A stretch of DNA of 64,000 nt from Gemmatimonadales bacterium (GTDB taxonomy: Bacteria > Gemmatimonadota > Gemmatimonadetes > Gemmatimonadales > GWC2-71-9): NCBI GenBank assembly GCA_041615815.1, contig JBFJCP010000020.1, forward strand, positions 7,325 through 71,324. Direction: 5' to 3'. A program made the position numbers and the translations under genes. The notes beneath the pieces were generated by a model that was not told the DNA's origin, did not search any database, and worked only from the letters and a program-made list of their open reading frames with translations. This document shows, one piece after another, positions 37,427 to 48,445 of the stretch; position 1 is the stretch's first letter; every line of letters begins with the position of its first letter.

Positions 37427-38449
37427 TCAGTCGAAGAGCCGGCGGATGCTCTCCTGATACGGAGGACGCACGACACCTCGGTCCGTCACGATGGCCGCGA
37501 TGATCTCTGCCGGCGTCACGTCGAAGGCGGGATTGTGCACGGCCGCCCCCGGCGCCGCGTCGACCTCCGCAGCGGAGCGTTCTTCGATGGGAATGGTTGC
37601 ACCCGACGCTAGGGAGAGATCGAACGTACTGCGAGGTGCGGCAACGTAGAACGGAATGTCATGAACGTTGGCGAGGACCGCGAGCGCATAGGTACCGATC
37701 TTGTTCGCGACATCGCCGTTGGCGGCAATGCGGTCCGCGCCCGTGATCACCAAGTCGATCGCCTTTCGGGCCATGACGGAAGCAGCGGCGCTGTCGACGA
37801 TGGATGTCACCGGCACTCCCGCCTTGCTCAGCTCCCACGCCGTGAGTCGCGCACCCTGGCGGAGTGGGCGGGTCTCGGTCGACACTACCTTGATGCCCTT
37901 GCCTTGTTCGTGGGCGGTGTACAACGCCGCGACCGCGGTTCCGATCCCGCCCGTCGCCAATGCACCGGCGTTACAGTGGGTGAGCACGGTGGCGCCTTGG
38001 GGAATCAGCGCAGCGCCGGCGTCGCCCATGGCCCGACACATCTCGGCGTCTTCATCCCAAATGCGCTGCGCCTCGAGGCGGAGCGCTCGGGCAACGGCGG
38101 CCTGATCAGTGGCGTCTGCAAATGCCTGGGCGGCGACATGACGCATGCGGTTCACCGCCCAGACCAGATTCACGGCCGTGGGACGGGCTTGCGCCATCCG
38201 GCCCGCCGCCTCGTCGAACCACGCTACGTTCAGCCCGCCGTCCGCCGCCTGGCGGGCCGCCGCCGCCGCCAGCCCCATGGCCGCGGAGATGCCAATCAGG
38301 GGCGCGCCACGGACGCGGAGCGCCTTGATGGCTTCGATCATGTCATCAATCGAGTGCACTTCGCGGTGGACCTCCTGACGGGGCAAGAGGGTTTGATCGA
38401 GGAACCGTACCGCGCCGCTGGGAGACCATCCGATGATGTCGAGATTCAT
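37427..38449 (-). CDS. mtnA: S-methyl-5-thioribose-1-phosphate isomerase (eIF-2B alpha/beta/delta family)
   Basis: VRFLDQTLLP, VRGAPLIGI, THCNAGALAT, GADRIAANGDVANKIGTY. I chose the start at ATG 38449. Confidence 0.9.
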   Translation of the reverse strand: MNLDIIGWSPSGAVRFLDQTLLPRQEVHREVHSIDDMIEAIKALRVRGAPLIGISAAMGLAAAAARQAADGGLNVAWFDEAAGRMAQARPTAVNLVWAVNRMRHVAAQAFADATDQAAVARALRLEAQRIWDEDAEMCRAMGDAGAALIPQGATVLTHCNAGALATGGIGTAVAALYTAHEQGKGIKVVSTETRPLRQGARLTAWELSKAGVPVTSIVDSAAASVMARKAIDLVITGADRIAANGDVANKIGTYALAVLANVHDIPFYVAAPRSTFDLSLASGATIPIEERSAAEVDAAPGAAVHNPAFDVTPAEIIAAIVTDRGVVRPPYQESIRRLFD

Positions 38450-38572
38450 GAGGCTCAAGTTACAGCAGGAGCTATGCCGGGGAAACACGGTCGAGCGCTT
38501 TCCCCCGGAAGCGCTTCCAGACGCCATATTGCAGGGGTGCACGCGCGGTCTCCCCGCCTCCGAGAGGTAAAC

Positions 38573-38965
38573 ATGCGCACTTGGCTGGTCCTCGCTCTGC
38601 TCGCTACCTGGCTCCCGATCTTCGTGAGCGCGTGTGGGTCCTCCCAAGGGGAGGACGAGACCCCAGACGTGATTCCGGTCGTGTTACCGTCCCGCGTGTA
38701 CGTCACGAACAACAACCAACTCGATATTCGAGTTTTCGCGTTCGACAACACACAGTCGATCCCGTTGGGCGGCGTGGCGAGCTTCACTACCGAGAGCTTC
38801 GAGCTTCCGCGAACCATCGTCGGCCGCGGCCGAGTCCGGATCGCGGCGGATCCCATCGGGAGCACGACCGCTTACATCACACCTGTGATCAACTTTTCAC
38901 CAGGACAGGATATCGAAGTGATCGTGCAGAACAACCTACAACTGTCCACATATTCGCTGCGGTGA
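38573..38965 (+). CDS. small lipoprotein of unknown function
   Basis: MRTWLVLALLATWLPIFVSAC (signal plus lipobox), 130 aa. It is the only part of track ORF 37661-38965 that is not antisense to mtnA. Confidence 0.6.
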   Translation: MRTWLVLALLATWLPIFVSACGSSQGEDETPDVIPVVLPSRVYVTNNNQLDIRVFAFDNTQSIPLGGVASFTTESFELPRTIVGRGRVRIAADPIGSTTAYITPVINFSPGQDIEVIVQNNLQLSTYSLR

Positions 38966-38987
38966 GATCGGGTGGTGAGGCCGCCGA

Positions 38988-39767
38988 TCAGGCATTCAAC
39001 GCCGCGAGCACGTCCCCGTGGATCGTGGCGCTGGCCGCGACACAGGACGTCGCCGTGACGGCGCTTTCGCCCGACCAACCGGTGATGGTGCCACCAGCGC
39101 CCTCTATTATAGGAATAAGCGGCAGGAGGTCCCACGGATTCATGATGGGATCGAGCATGACGTCGGCGCCGCCCGATACCAACAGCACATAGCCGTAGCA
39201 GTCGCCCCACGTGCGCAGGAGCCGGGTCTTGCGTCGCAAGCCGTCGAACCCCTCCCACCGCTGGTGCCGCTCGACATTGCCGAGGTCGGTCGTGAGCACG
39301 ACCGCATCCGCCAGTTGCTTCACCGGTCGGATTCGCGTAGGCGCGTCGTCGAGTCGCGTCTCGCGGCTCGTGCCCACACACAGCCGGCCGAGTATGGGGA
39401 GGTGAACGACCCCGAGGATGGGGTGACCCTCGCGGAGGAGTCCAATCAAGGTACCGAACAGCGGACAGCCCATCGTGAACGAGACCGTTCCGTCGATCGG
39501 GTCGAGAACCCAGACGAATTCGGCCTGTTCTCTTTCCCGGCCCAACTCTTCACCCACGATGCCGTGGTCCGGGTAGCGCTTCCGGATCAGGGCCCGCATG
39601 ACCTCTTCCGCTCGGCGGTCCGCCTCCGTGACGGGTGATGCATCCGTCTTCTCGTCCACACGCAGGTCCGGACGCCCATAATACCCCCGGATGATTGCCG
39701 AGCTCTCCGCCACCAGCGATCCCACGAAGTCGTGCATGTCCGGTGGCACCACCCCTGGAGCCGTCAT
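38988..39767 (-). CDS. inositol monophosphatase family protein
   Basis: [20 protein letters not shown] and [15 protein letters not shown] motifs. Confidence 0.9.
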   Translation of the reverse strand: MTAPGVVPPDMHDFVGSLVAESSAIIRGYYGRPDLRVDEKTDASPVTEADRRAEEVMRALIRKRYPDHGIVGEELGREREQAEFVWVLDPIDGTVSFTMGCPLFGTLIGLLREGHPILGVVHLPILGRLCVGTSRETRLDDAPTRIRPVKQLADAVVLTTDLGNVERHQRWEGFDGLRRKTRLLRTWGDCYGYVLLVSGGADVMLDPIMNPWDLLPLIPIIEGAGGTITGWSGESAVTATSCVAASATIHGDVLAALNA

Positions 39768-40234
39768 GCAAGCGCCTCGGTGGAACCCAGCAAGTGCCGC
39801 CGCACGGCCTCTTGGCGGTACCGGAAAATGCGCTCCACCTGTCGACGAACGAAAGGATGCGCGATGTGGCCAATGAGCCCGAATGGTATTCGATAGCGAA
39901 CTTCATCCTCGATCACGGTCTCACCATTGGCCTCGTAGAACCGGTGGGTATGGATCCACTCGGCATAGGGTCCCTTGACCTGCTCGTCGACGAAGAGCTT
40001 CGGGGGATCCCACCGTGAAATCCGTGTACGCCAACGCATCGGGAGACCGTAGAGGCGAATAGTGTAGTCGATGAGCGTTCCCTCCGCGATCTCGATCGGT
40101 GGGGGCGTGAGAATCTTGAAATGGAGCTCTGGCGGCGTGATTCGGCCGAGGTTGTCGGCATTCGCGAAGAAGGGAAACACGGTGCGCAGGGGAAGGGGCA
40201 CTCGCATAGCGGTTTCGAAGCGATGCTGTCTCAT
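39764..40234 (-). CDS. SRPBCC (START/cyclase-dehydrase-like) family protein
   Basis: 156 aa. Pattern [13 protein letters not shown]....KIL...P..I..G..I.Y.I...G...RW.T.I...DPP..F.D.Q..GPY..W.H.H.F is typical of this fold family. 4-nt overlap with the downstream gene. Confidence 0.75.
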   Translation of the reverse strand: MRQHRFETAMRVPLPLRTVFPFFANADNLGRITPPELHFKILTPPPIEIAEGTLIDYTIRLYGLPMRWRTRISRWDPPKLFVDEQVKGPYAEWIHTHRFYEANGETVIEDEVRYRIPFGLIGHIAHPFVRRQVERIFRYRQEAVRRHLLGSTEALA

Positions 40235-40238
40235 CCCG

Positions 40239-40757
40239 CTAGCGCACCAACAAGACGATGGCGAGGAGGGGCAGTGTCACACCGGCGACGAGGACGAGGC
40301 CCAGGAGCCCAAGGACGCCCAGCAACGCCCGGCGACTCGCTCTCCGAGTCTCGGACGGATGGGCCAGATGTTGTTCGAGTAGGGCCACGTTTCTGATGTT
40401 GGCTCTCCACCCCACGTCGAAGAGGTCACCTAGAGCGGGCACCGATCCCAGGAGGACATCGAGGGCGATGTTGCCCAACATGCGCAGCAGTGTGGATGCC
40501 GATACACCGAGGCGCCACGCCTCGATCACGATGTACCCGGACGCAAGCCCGCTGAGGACGTCGCCCCAACCTGGGACCAACCCTACCACCGCATCCAACC
40601 CCACGCGGAAGCGCGTGAACGGAATCTCGAACGCCGCGTCGAGCAGCCGGGCAAGCGCCTCGAGCCGACGGAGTCGGGCGGGGATATGCCCCTCGCTTCC
40701 CTGGTGGTTAGCCGGTGACTGGACGGTGCTGGGCCCAGCATCGCTTGCGGCGATCAT
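40239..40757 (-). CDS. DUF4112-like membrane protein
   Basis: [40 protein letters not shown] and [18 protein letters not shown], plus a C-terminal TM. Confidence 0.75.
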   Translation of the reverse strand: MIAASDAGPSTVQSPANHQGSEGHIPARLRRLEALARLLDAAFEIPFTRFRVGLDAVVGLVPGWGDVLSGLASGYIVIEAWRLGVSASTLLRMLGNIALDVLLGSVPALGDLFDVGWRANIRNVALLEQHLAHPSETRRASRRALLGVLGLLGLVLVAGVTLPLLAIVLLVR

Positions 40758-41003
40758 GGTCGAGCGTCCCCGCGATCGTACGTGAACGTGGATGAGCTAG
40801 ACAAGTTGGCCTGGCAGGACGATGAGGCCAAGAGGCCAGTTCCGCAGGTTGGTGTCAATGTGCTTGGGACCGAATCTGGACCGCTGAAGGACGTGACCGG
40901 GTGCATCCACACATCGCGATGCGCAAGAAAACGCCGCCATCACCGAGACCAACCGCCCGACGACAGCTCGCGCCTTGTCACCTGCGACGCACACGGGTGA
41001 GGC

Positions 41004-41648
41004 TCACCGGCCCCTGTCGAGCGAATCTCCCAGGACGGTGACCAGTGAATCAGGCGCGGGGCGAGGTTCCGCGAATCCGTCCTCCTCCCACGATCTGACG
41101 AACAACGAATCTGCAGCGCGGTCCACTAGGTCGTCGTCGGTCCAGAATACCCGCTTCCGCTGCACGAGATCGCGCACGCCATCACCGGTCACATCCACGA
41201 GCGCCGAGCGAATGACGACCTGCCCCGACCCGGTGGAGTAGTTATCCGCGACTCTCACCGGTGGCGCCAGCGCCTGGTCCTCGGAGAGCACAAACAGATC
41301 GATGGCGGACGTCGCGTAGGGACCAGGCACCCGTAGCAGATAGCCACGACGCGCGCGGCCGAGGTTCACCGTGAACGTCGCGTAGAAGCCTCCCCGCACC
41401 GCCCGCGGATAGAACGGGCGAAGCTCGGGGTCAAACGTGGCCGGTAGTCGTGTACCCCAGAACGAGTCCGCGGGACTCACGGGTGAGCGGACGTGAATCT
41501 CGTCTCCCTCCCAGACGACCGACAGGCGATCCAGTTCACCGACGAGGCCGGCTGAGCTTTCATCCGCTCCGCTGCAGCCGGCGAAAACGATCACAAGGCC
41601 GAACGCGCGGCACCATCGAGAGCGGCCAGTCCGCGATGAGCTCAACAT
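41004..41648 (-). CDS. putative lipoprotein, unknown function
   Basis: Start at ATG 41648, one nt after the mgtC stop. RAFGLVIVFAGC is signal/lipobox-like. 214 aa. Confidence 0.6.
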   Translation of the reverse strand: MLSSSRTGRSRWCRAFGLVIVFAGCSGADESSAGLVGELDRLSVVWEGDEIHVRSPVSPADSFWGTRLPATFDPELRPFYPRAVRGGFYATFTVNLGRARRGYLLRVPGPYATSAIDLFVLSEDQALAPPVRVADNYSTGSGQVVIRSALVDVTGDGVRDLVQRKRVFWTDDDLVDRAADSLFVRSWEEDGFAEPRPAPDSLVTVLGDSLDRGR

Positions 41649-41649
41649 G

Positions 41650-42288
41650 TCAAAAATGAAACTCCTGCACCTCGGGATCCCCCAACAGCGCGCTGGTGAC
41701 GCGATCATGGCGCTTGAGTGATCCCCAGACTTGCCAGGTACACGTCATTTTATCACCGGACTTGGTCTGTCGATGACTTCGCACCGACATGCCCAGGTCA
41801 CGAAACCGCTGCTCCAGCTGTTCGAACTTCCCGGGAATGATGCCGCACACCACCCGGTACGTGCGCATCTCGCTCGAACGATCGATGGCGTGCTCGAGAA
41901 TTGGGAAGAGCCAGAGCACGATCAGGGCTGCCCCGAGCGCCACGCCTACGAACGCGTATTGTCCACCCCCGATCCCCATCCCCAGGGCGGCGACGAGCCA
42001 GATGGTGGCCGCGGTGGTCAGTCCCACAACCCGGCCGCCGTCGCGCAAGATGGCCCCAGCTCCGAGAAAGCCGATCCCGGTGACGACGTTGGCGGCAATC
42101 CGGGCAGGATCGCCTTCGCCGGCGAGTTTTGCCGAGAATATGGTGAATAGGGTCGCGCCAACACAGATGAAGATATTGGTTCGAAAACCAGCGGCCTTGT
42201 CACGGAATTCCCTTTCCGCACCGATGAGGCCGCCCACCAAGACCGCGAGCAGGAGCTTGATCAGATCTTGTAGCTCAAAGAGGAACAT
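41650..42288 (-). CDS. mgtC: MgtC/SapB family membrane protein
   Basis: LLAVLVGGLIGAEREFRDKAAGFRTNIFICVGATLFT plus a C-terminal ACT-like soluble domain. Confidence 0.9.
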   Translation of the reverse strand: MFLFELQDLIKLLLAVLVGGLIGAEREFRDKAAGFRTNIFICVGATLFTIFSAKLAGEGDPARIAANVVTGIGFLGAGAILRDGGRVVGLTTAATIWLVAALGMGIGGGQYAFVGVALGAALIVLWLFPILEHAIDRSSEMRTYRVVCGIIPGKFEQLEQRFRDLGMSVRSHRQTKSGDKMTCTWQVWGSLKRHDRVTSALLGDPEVQEFHF

Positions 42289-42564
42289 GGGTCCTTCCCA
42301 CGCGTAGCAACCGGAACAAAGCGCGTCGCCAACTTAGGAACGGACCTGGCTGGCGTCCAGCCATCCAGATCGATTCCCTTCTCCGAGACCCGTGATGTGA
42401 GGGTATCCATGCACGCGGCGCCGTGTTGTCAGCTGGCGTGGACGGCTGAGAGGCCAAGCGGCTGGGCCACAGGGCGTGAACTCACCCACCCGATTCGGGT
42501 ATCTTTCGACACCGCTTGAGGACCAAGCTCGTTCCGCTTGAACGTCGATACTCGGAGATGGTGT

Positions 42565-44250
42565 ATGCGAGGCATTCGGTTGGCATCCGCGCTGTCAGTC
42601 TCGAGCCTCGTGCTCGTCTCACCTCTCGTCGCGCAAGAACCGGATTCGGTCTCTCTTCCCGCCGCCGTCGCCCGTCTTCAGGCCCAGGAGTGGGAAGCCG
42701 CCGCCAGAATCCTCGAGGCGCTCACGGCCCGTGAGCCGGACAACGCCCGCGCGTGGGCCCTCCTGGGATTTGCGCTCCACTCCGCTGGCGAGCTGGATCG
42801 CGCACTGACGGCGCACCTTCGCGCGACCGAGTTCGAGCAAACGGCTCCCACGGCCACCTACAACGTGGCCATGGTGTATGCGCGCAAGAACGACACGGAC
42901 CGGGCCTTCGAATGGCTCCACAAGGCAGAGGTTACGGGCAAAGTGGATTTGACTCAGCTCGGGATCGATCCGGATGCCGAGTCGTTACGCGATGACCCAC
43001 GCTATGCGGCCTTGTTTCCATCGCCCGCGGAGTTCGCCGATCCCTTCGTCGAGTCCGTTTCCATCATTCGGGAGTGGCAGGGCGAAGCTGCGGGAGACGA
43101 GTTTGGGTGGATTGCGCGCAATGTCGGGGATGTGGATGGCGACGGTATCCACGACGTGACCACGTCCGCGCCATCGGCGGCGGCGAACGGCGGTGCCAAC
43201 GCCGGCAAGGTCTACGTGTTCTCCAGCGTGACGGGCGACTTGCGATGGAAACGCACCGGGGAGCCGGGTCACCGATTGGGCCTCGGGATCGAAGCCGCGG
43301 GAGACGTGGACGGTGACGGCATCCCGGACGTGATCGCCGGGGCCCCTGGAGGCGGCCGCGCGTACGTCTTCTCGGGTGAGAACGGCATGGTACTCCACAC
43401 GTTCGAAGCGGAGGACCCGGGCGATCTCTTTGGCCGCAAAGTGTCCGATCTCGGAGACGTGAACGGCGACGGATACGCCGACGTGATCGTCGGTGCGCCC
43501 GGCCATGACGGGAGGGGCCAGGATGCCGGACGCGCGTACGTGTATTCGGGGCGAGATGGGTCGCTGCTGCTGACGCTCGACGGCGAAAAGGCCGGGGACC
43601 GATTCGGGAGCGCCGCCGCAGGGCTGGTGGCCAACAACCGGATCTTCATCGTCGTGGGCGCCCCTGGCGCCGGCGGGGAAGGTCGCGGCCGGACGTACGT
43701 GTATACCTCGCTGGCGATCACGCCCGCATTCGTGATCGACGCGGACGATACGGGCGCGAGTCTCGGGGGCATGTTCGTGTCAGTGGTCGGCGACGTCAAT
43801 GGTGACGGCATTCAGGACGTCTACGCCTCGGACTGGTCGAACGCAGCGTACGGGCCCACCACCGGACGGATCTACATTCATTCGGGGGCAGACGGAACAC
43901 GCCTCCACACGTTCACCGGTGAAGCTGCCGGGGACGGGTTCGGCATTGGGCCGGCGGACGCCGGCGACGTAGACGGTGACGGCGCGGCCGATCTCGTCGT
44001 GGGGGCGTGGCGGCACGCTGGAGCGGCCCCCATGGGCGGCAAGATCTACGTGTTCTCCGGCCGGGACGGGCGTGTGCTTCGGACTTACACAGGCAAGGTC
44101 TCGGGAGAAACCCTCGGATTCGACGCCACGGGTATGGGTGACGTGAACGGCGACGGCATCAGCGACTTCCTCGTGACGTCCGCGTGGAGTGCTGTGAACG
44201 GATCCCGATCGGGCCGAATGTACATCGTGTCAGGTGAGCTGCCACGATGA
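42565..44250 (+). CDS. secreted TPR plus FG-GAP/VCBS-repeat (beta-propeller) protein
   Basis: Signal peptide (MRGIRLASALSVSSLVLVSPLVAQE), TPR units, then more than seven repeats of GDV(D/N)GDG..D...GAP......GR.YV.SG. Confidence 0.85.
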   Translation: MRGIRLASALSVSSLVLVSPLVAQEPDSVSLPAAVARLQAQEWEAAARILEALTAREPDNARAWALLGFALHSAGELDRALTAHLRATEFEQTAPTATYNVAMVYARKNDTDRAFEWLHKAEVTGKVDLTQLGIDPDAESLRDDPRYAALFPSPAEFADPFVESVSIIREWQGEAAGDEFGWIARNVGDVDGDGIHDVTTSAPSAAANGGANAGKVYVFSSVTGDLRWKRTGEPGHRLGLGIEAAGDVDGDGIPDVIAGAPGGGRAYVFSGENGMVLHTFEAEDPGDLFGRKVSDLGDVNGDGYADVIVGAPGHDGRGQDAGRAYVYSGRDGSLLLTLDGEKAGDRFGSAAAGLVANNRIFIVVGAPGAGGEGRGRTYVYTSLAITPAFVIDADDTGASLGGMFVSVVGDVNGDGIQDVYASDWSNAAYGPTTGRIYIHSGADGTRLHTFTGEAAGDGFGIGPADAGDVDGDGAADLVVGAWRHAGAAPMGGKIYVFSGRDGRVLRTYTGKVSGETLGFDATGMGDVNGDGISDFLVTSAWSAVNGSRSGRMYIVSGELPR

Positions 44251-44323
44251 GGACGAGGTTCGGGAAACTCACCGCGGGCGAGGTAGCCGCCCGATCTTCG
44301 GCGAATCCGGCGCCACGAGCGTG

Positions 44324-44545
44324 TTACGTGGTCCGTATTTCTTTCAGCACCCGTCGCAGCGTCGCCATGGCCGAGAAGAGGGCGATGACGATCACCAAGA
44401 ATCCGATTTGCAGCACCCGCCATTCCAGCGAGAGGTCGCCTTCACCGTGCCAAATGTCGGTAAGCGCCAAGTGGCACACGACGACCGCCGCCAGGGCGAC
44501 GATCCCGAGCAGAAACGATCGCTGCGCACTCGTTCGCAGGGTCAC
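44324..44545 (-). CDS. small 2-TM membrane protein
   Basis: GTG 44545 lies 4 nt after AAGGAGG. 73 aa with two hydrophobic helices. Confidence 0.55.
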   Translation of the reverse strand: MTLRTSAQRSFLLGIVALAAVVVCHLALTDIWHGEGDLSLEWRVLQIGFLVIVIALFSAMATLRRVLKEIRTT

Positions 44546-44564
44546 GATACCTCCTTTGCTCCGA

Positions 44565-44831
44565 TCAGGCGTTCTTTGATGCCGCGCCGCTGGCGCGGAC
44601 ACGCGCCAGCGTGTACGCGGCAATGGCAATCCAGACGACGTTCACGAACGTGGAGGGATACGCACGGTAGTACGCCGTGTTGACGATCAAGCCCAGACTG
44701 CCCACGACGTTGAGGGCCTGGTACCCGATCGAATGGCCAACGAATCGCCCTCGTGAAATGAGCGCATACGCCACGAGGAGGGCCGCGGCTCCTACCCACC
44801 CCAGGAGATCTACCAGGAGGTTCACCGTCAT
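44565..44831 (-). CDS. small 3-TM membrane protein
   Basis: 88 aa starting MTVNLLVDLLGWVGAAALLVAYALI, with three hydrophobic segments. Confidence 0.6.
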   Translation of the reverse strand: MTVNLLVDLLGWVGAAALLVAYALISRGRFVGHSIGYQALNVVGSLGLIVNTAYYRAYPSTFVNVVWIAIAAYTLARVRASGAASKNA

Positions 44832-44920
44832 GGATCTTCGCCTTGTTGAGCATCGCCGGAACCCTTGGCCCCTTGCCGATCCCGCCAGTGGGAACAAAAT
44901 ATGCAGCACCGCGTAGCGTA

Positions 44921-46273
44921 ATGACCATGAAAAATGGCAGTCCGAGCCTCGTCCTCGCCATCATGGCGATCCTACCGCTCATCGGCGGTTGCGACGGGAA
45001 CGATCCACTTCGCGGCTACTTCGTGGGATCGACGCCCAGGGAGCGATATGCGGAGTCCCTGAGCGCCGCAGGTCTTGCGCGCACGGCGCTCGCCCGCGAT
45101 TGGCTGGCGGCCGGGGAGCAAGCTCTTCGGATTCCGACCCGGATCCCGACCCCGTATCGCGAGCTCGGCTACCTAGATCCCTCCGAGCCCCGGGCTGAGG
45201 CGTACCGGGTGGAGCTGCGTCGCGGACAGCGCCTCGCCGCGCATATAGCCGTCGAGACGGACAGCACCTTCACGTTCTTCATGGATCTCCTGGTGGTGCG
45301 CGAGAGTGGAAGTCACGGAGACCCGGTACTGCTCGCGACGGCCGACACGATCACCCCCTCCCTCGACTATGTGGCACGGCGGGACGGTGTGTATCTGCTC
45401 CGTATCCAGCCAGAACTTCTCCGCGGCGGTCGCTACACGCTCACCGTCGAGGTGACGGCTTCGCTCGCGTTCCCCGTGCTCGGTCGCGACGCGCGGGCCA
45501 TTCGCAGCCAGTTCGGCGCACCGCGCGACGGCGGAAGACGGCAGCACCACGGGGTGGATATCTTCGCACCCCGAGGGACCCCCGTGTTGGCCTCCTCACC
45601 CGGCCGAGTGCGGCGGGTGAGCGACAGCCGCCTCGGTGGCAAGGTCGTCTGGTTACGGGATGCCGAGGTGGGTTATTCGCTCTACTACGCACACCTGGAC
45701 AGCCAGGCGGTCCGGCGCGGGCAGCTGGTGCATCCCGGCGACACGGTAGGCTTCGTGGGCAACACCGGGAACGCCCGGACTACGCCTCCCCATCTGCACT
45801 TTGGCATCTACATGCGGGGAACGGGTCCTGTCGATCCGACGCCCTTCCTGGAGCTGCCGCCTGGATCGACTCCGACCCTCCGAGCGGGACTCGACCAAGT
45901 TGGTCGATGGGCGCGAATAACCGGGGATCAGGTGCGGCTACGAGAACGTCCCGGCGGCAGAACCCAGGTTCTGGCCGAGCTTCCCCAGCACACGACGGTG
46001 CGAGTCTTGGCGGCCACTGGTTCCTGGTATCGGGTCGGGCTGCCGACTGGGGGTCAGGGATTCGTCTCGGCGGAGTTGGTCGAGACGGCCGAGCGGCCCA
46101 TCGGATCGCGGTTGATTCCAGGGGGCGCCGTGGTCCGGCGGCACCCCGTGGAGAACGCCGCGCCCGTGGACCTGATGGAGCTCGACGCGTCGGTTCCGGT
46201 GCTCGGGGTCTTCGGCGGCTACGCCCTGGTCACAACTCCCAACGGGCGCAACGGCTGGGTCGTGGTCGAGTGA
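44921..46273 (+). CDS. M23 family metallopeptidase lipoprotein with C-terminal SH3-like repeats
   Basis: Signal/lipobox (LAIMAILPLIGGC). M23 motifs HHGVDIF and GNTGNARTTPPHLHF. C-terminal GRWARITGDQVRLRERPG / SWYRVGLPTGGQGFV (SH3b-like). Confidence 0.9.
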   Translation: MTMKNGSPSLVLAIMAILPLIGGCDGNDPLRGYFVGSTPRERYAESLSAAGLARTALARDWLAAGEQALRIPTRIPTPYRELGYLDPSEPRAEAYRVELRRGQRLAAHIAVETDSTFTFFMDLLVVRESGSHGDPVLLATADTITPSLDYVARRDGVYLLRIQPELLRGGRYTLTVEVTASLAFPVLGRDARAIRSQFGAPRDGGRRQHHGVDIFAPRGTPVLASSPGRVRRVSDSRLGGKVVWLRDAEVGYSLYYAHLDSQAVRRGQLVHPGDTVGFVGNTGNARTTPPHLHFGIYMRGTGPVDPTPFLELPPGSTPTLRAGLDQVGRWARITGDQVRLRERPGGRTQVLAELPQHTTVRVLAATGSWYRVGLPTGGQGFVSAELVETAERPIGSRLIPGGAVVRRHPVENAAPVDLMELDASVPVLGVFGGYALVTTPNGRNGWVVVE

Positions 46274-46297
46274 TCGAGCTCGCGACGGATTGACCTC

Positions 46298-46672
46298 TCA
46301 ACCCGTCTCCCACCACGCCACTTCTCCCTCGTGCCCGCACTGAAAACAGTGCGCTTCCGCCGGTTCGCCCCACAGACGCATCCGCATGGAACAGGAGGGG
46401 CACACGGCGTAACGCCGGCCCAGATCAGCCCGGGTCCCACGTGCCGGGTTGGGGTCCAGCGTGGCACGATAGACCACGGTGAAGCGTGCGGGACGAGCGG
46501 GTCGAACTTCCACGAGGTGCCGCGGAAGCATGACGTAGCGCTCCCGAACGTCCAGCATCACGAAGCTGGACCCGTGGTTCACGATCGGGTACCACGCACC
46601 CTGTCTGAGCATCGGATCGGTGTGTGGGCGTGCCAGGGCAAACAAGCGCGCCCAGCCAAGTGGCTCTGACAT
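46298..46672 (-). CDS. hypothetical protein with C-terminal zinc ribbon
   Basis: 124 aa from ATG 46672. CPSC...CFQCG. Confidence 0.55.
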   Translation of the reverse strand: MSEPLGWARLFALARPHTDPMLRQGAWYPIVNHGSSFVMLDVRERYVMLPRHLVEVRPARPARFTVVYRATLDPNPARGTRADLGRRYAVCPSCSMRMRLWGEPAEAHCFQCGHEGEVAWWETG

Positions 46673-46776
46673 ATGCAATCGACATGTTGGAGATGTTGGA
46701 CTGCGGGCGCGGACCCCCAAGGTGGGCATGCCCTAGGCGGACCGCTGTGATGGATACCACAGAGGGGAGTTGAGAT

Positions 46777-47862
<1,086 letters not shown>

Positions 47863-47907
47863 CGAGCCGGGGGTCTTTGCGCCATCGGGGCCTCGTGCTT
47901 CGGAGCC

Positions 47908-48417
47908 TTACCGACGGGCGTAGACGGTCCGTTTGCCCTCGGGATCAAACAGCACGACATCGTACGGGTCCTTCCGGGCGCCTTCCATGCCGGGGGATCC
48001 CATCGGCATCCCGGGTACGGCCAGTCCGGTGGCCTTGGGCCGCTCCGCGAGCAATTGGCGAATCACGTCGGCCGGGACGTGTCCCTCGATCACGTAACCG
48101 TCGATGACGGCCGTGTGACATGAGAAGAGGTCGCGCGGGACCCCGGCGGTCGCCTTCACCTCGGTGAGGTCATTGACGTCCTGCGTCACGACCTTGAATC
48201 CATGTTCCTGAAGATGGTCTGCCCAGAGTGAGCAACAGCCACACGTGGGTGACTTGTAAACGAGCGCTTCCGTTTGGGACTGGTCCGCTCGTGCCAGGGT
48301 GGCCGGCGGCGCGTTCGACTCTGCAGTCCGGGCATCGGCGCCCGAGCAGGCGGTGGCTCCCGCAAGCACCGCCGTCAGGACCGCGGCGGCCGGTAGTCGA
48401 TCAATCGACACTCGCAT
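47908..48417 (-). CDS. DUF411 (CopG-like) periplasmic metal-binding protein
   Basis: Signal/lipobox (AVLTAVLAGATAC), YKSPTCGCCSLWADHLQEHGFKV, CHTAVIDGYVIEGHVP, GMPMGSPGME. Confidence 0.85.
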   Translation of the reverse strand: MRVSIDRLPAAAVLTAVLAGATACSGADARTAESNAPPATLARADQSQTEALVYKSPTCGCCSLWADHLQEHGFKVVTQDVNDLTEVKATAGVPRDLFSCHTAVIDGYVIEGHVPADVIRQLLAERPKATGLAVPGMPMGSPGMEGARKDPYDVVLFDPEGKRTVYARR

Positions 48418-48445
48418 CCGTTCTTCCTTTCGGTGAAACCCCGAC

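Noticed and set aside
37661-38572. 5' three-quarters of the 434-aa plus-strand ORF
   Set aside because: It is antisense to mtnA. Only the last 130 codons, from ATG 38573 (a lipoprotein signal), lie outside mtnA and look like a real gene.
42289-42564. Possible Mg2+ (M-box) riboswitch or leader-peptide control in the 276-nt region upstream of mgtC
   Set aside because: I read the minus-strand leader and could not find the conserved M-box core elements, and there is no convincing short Pro-rich leader ORF. It would need a covariance-model scan (Rfam ykoK) to settle.
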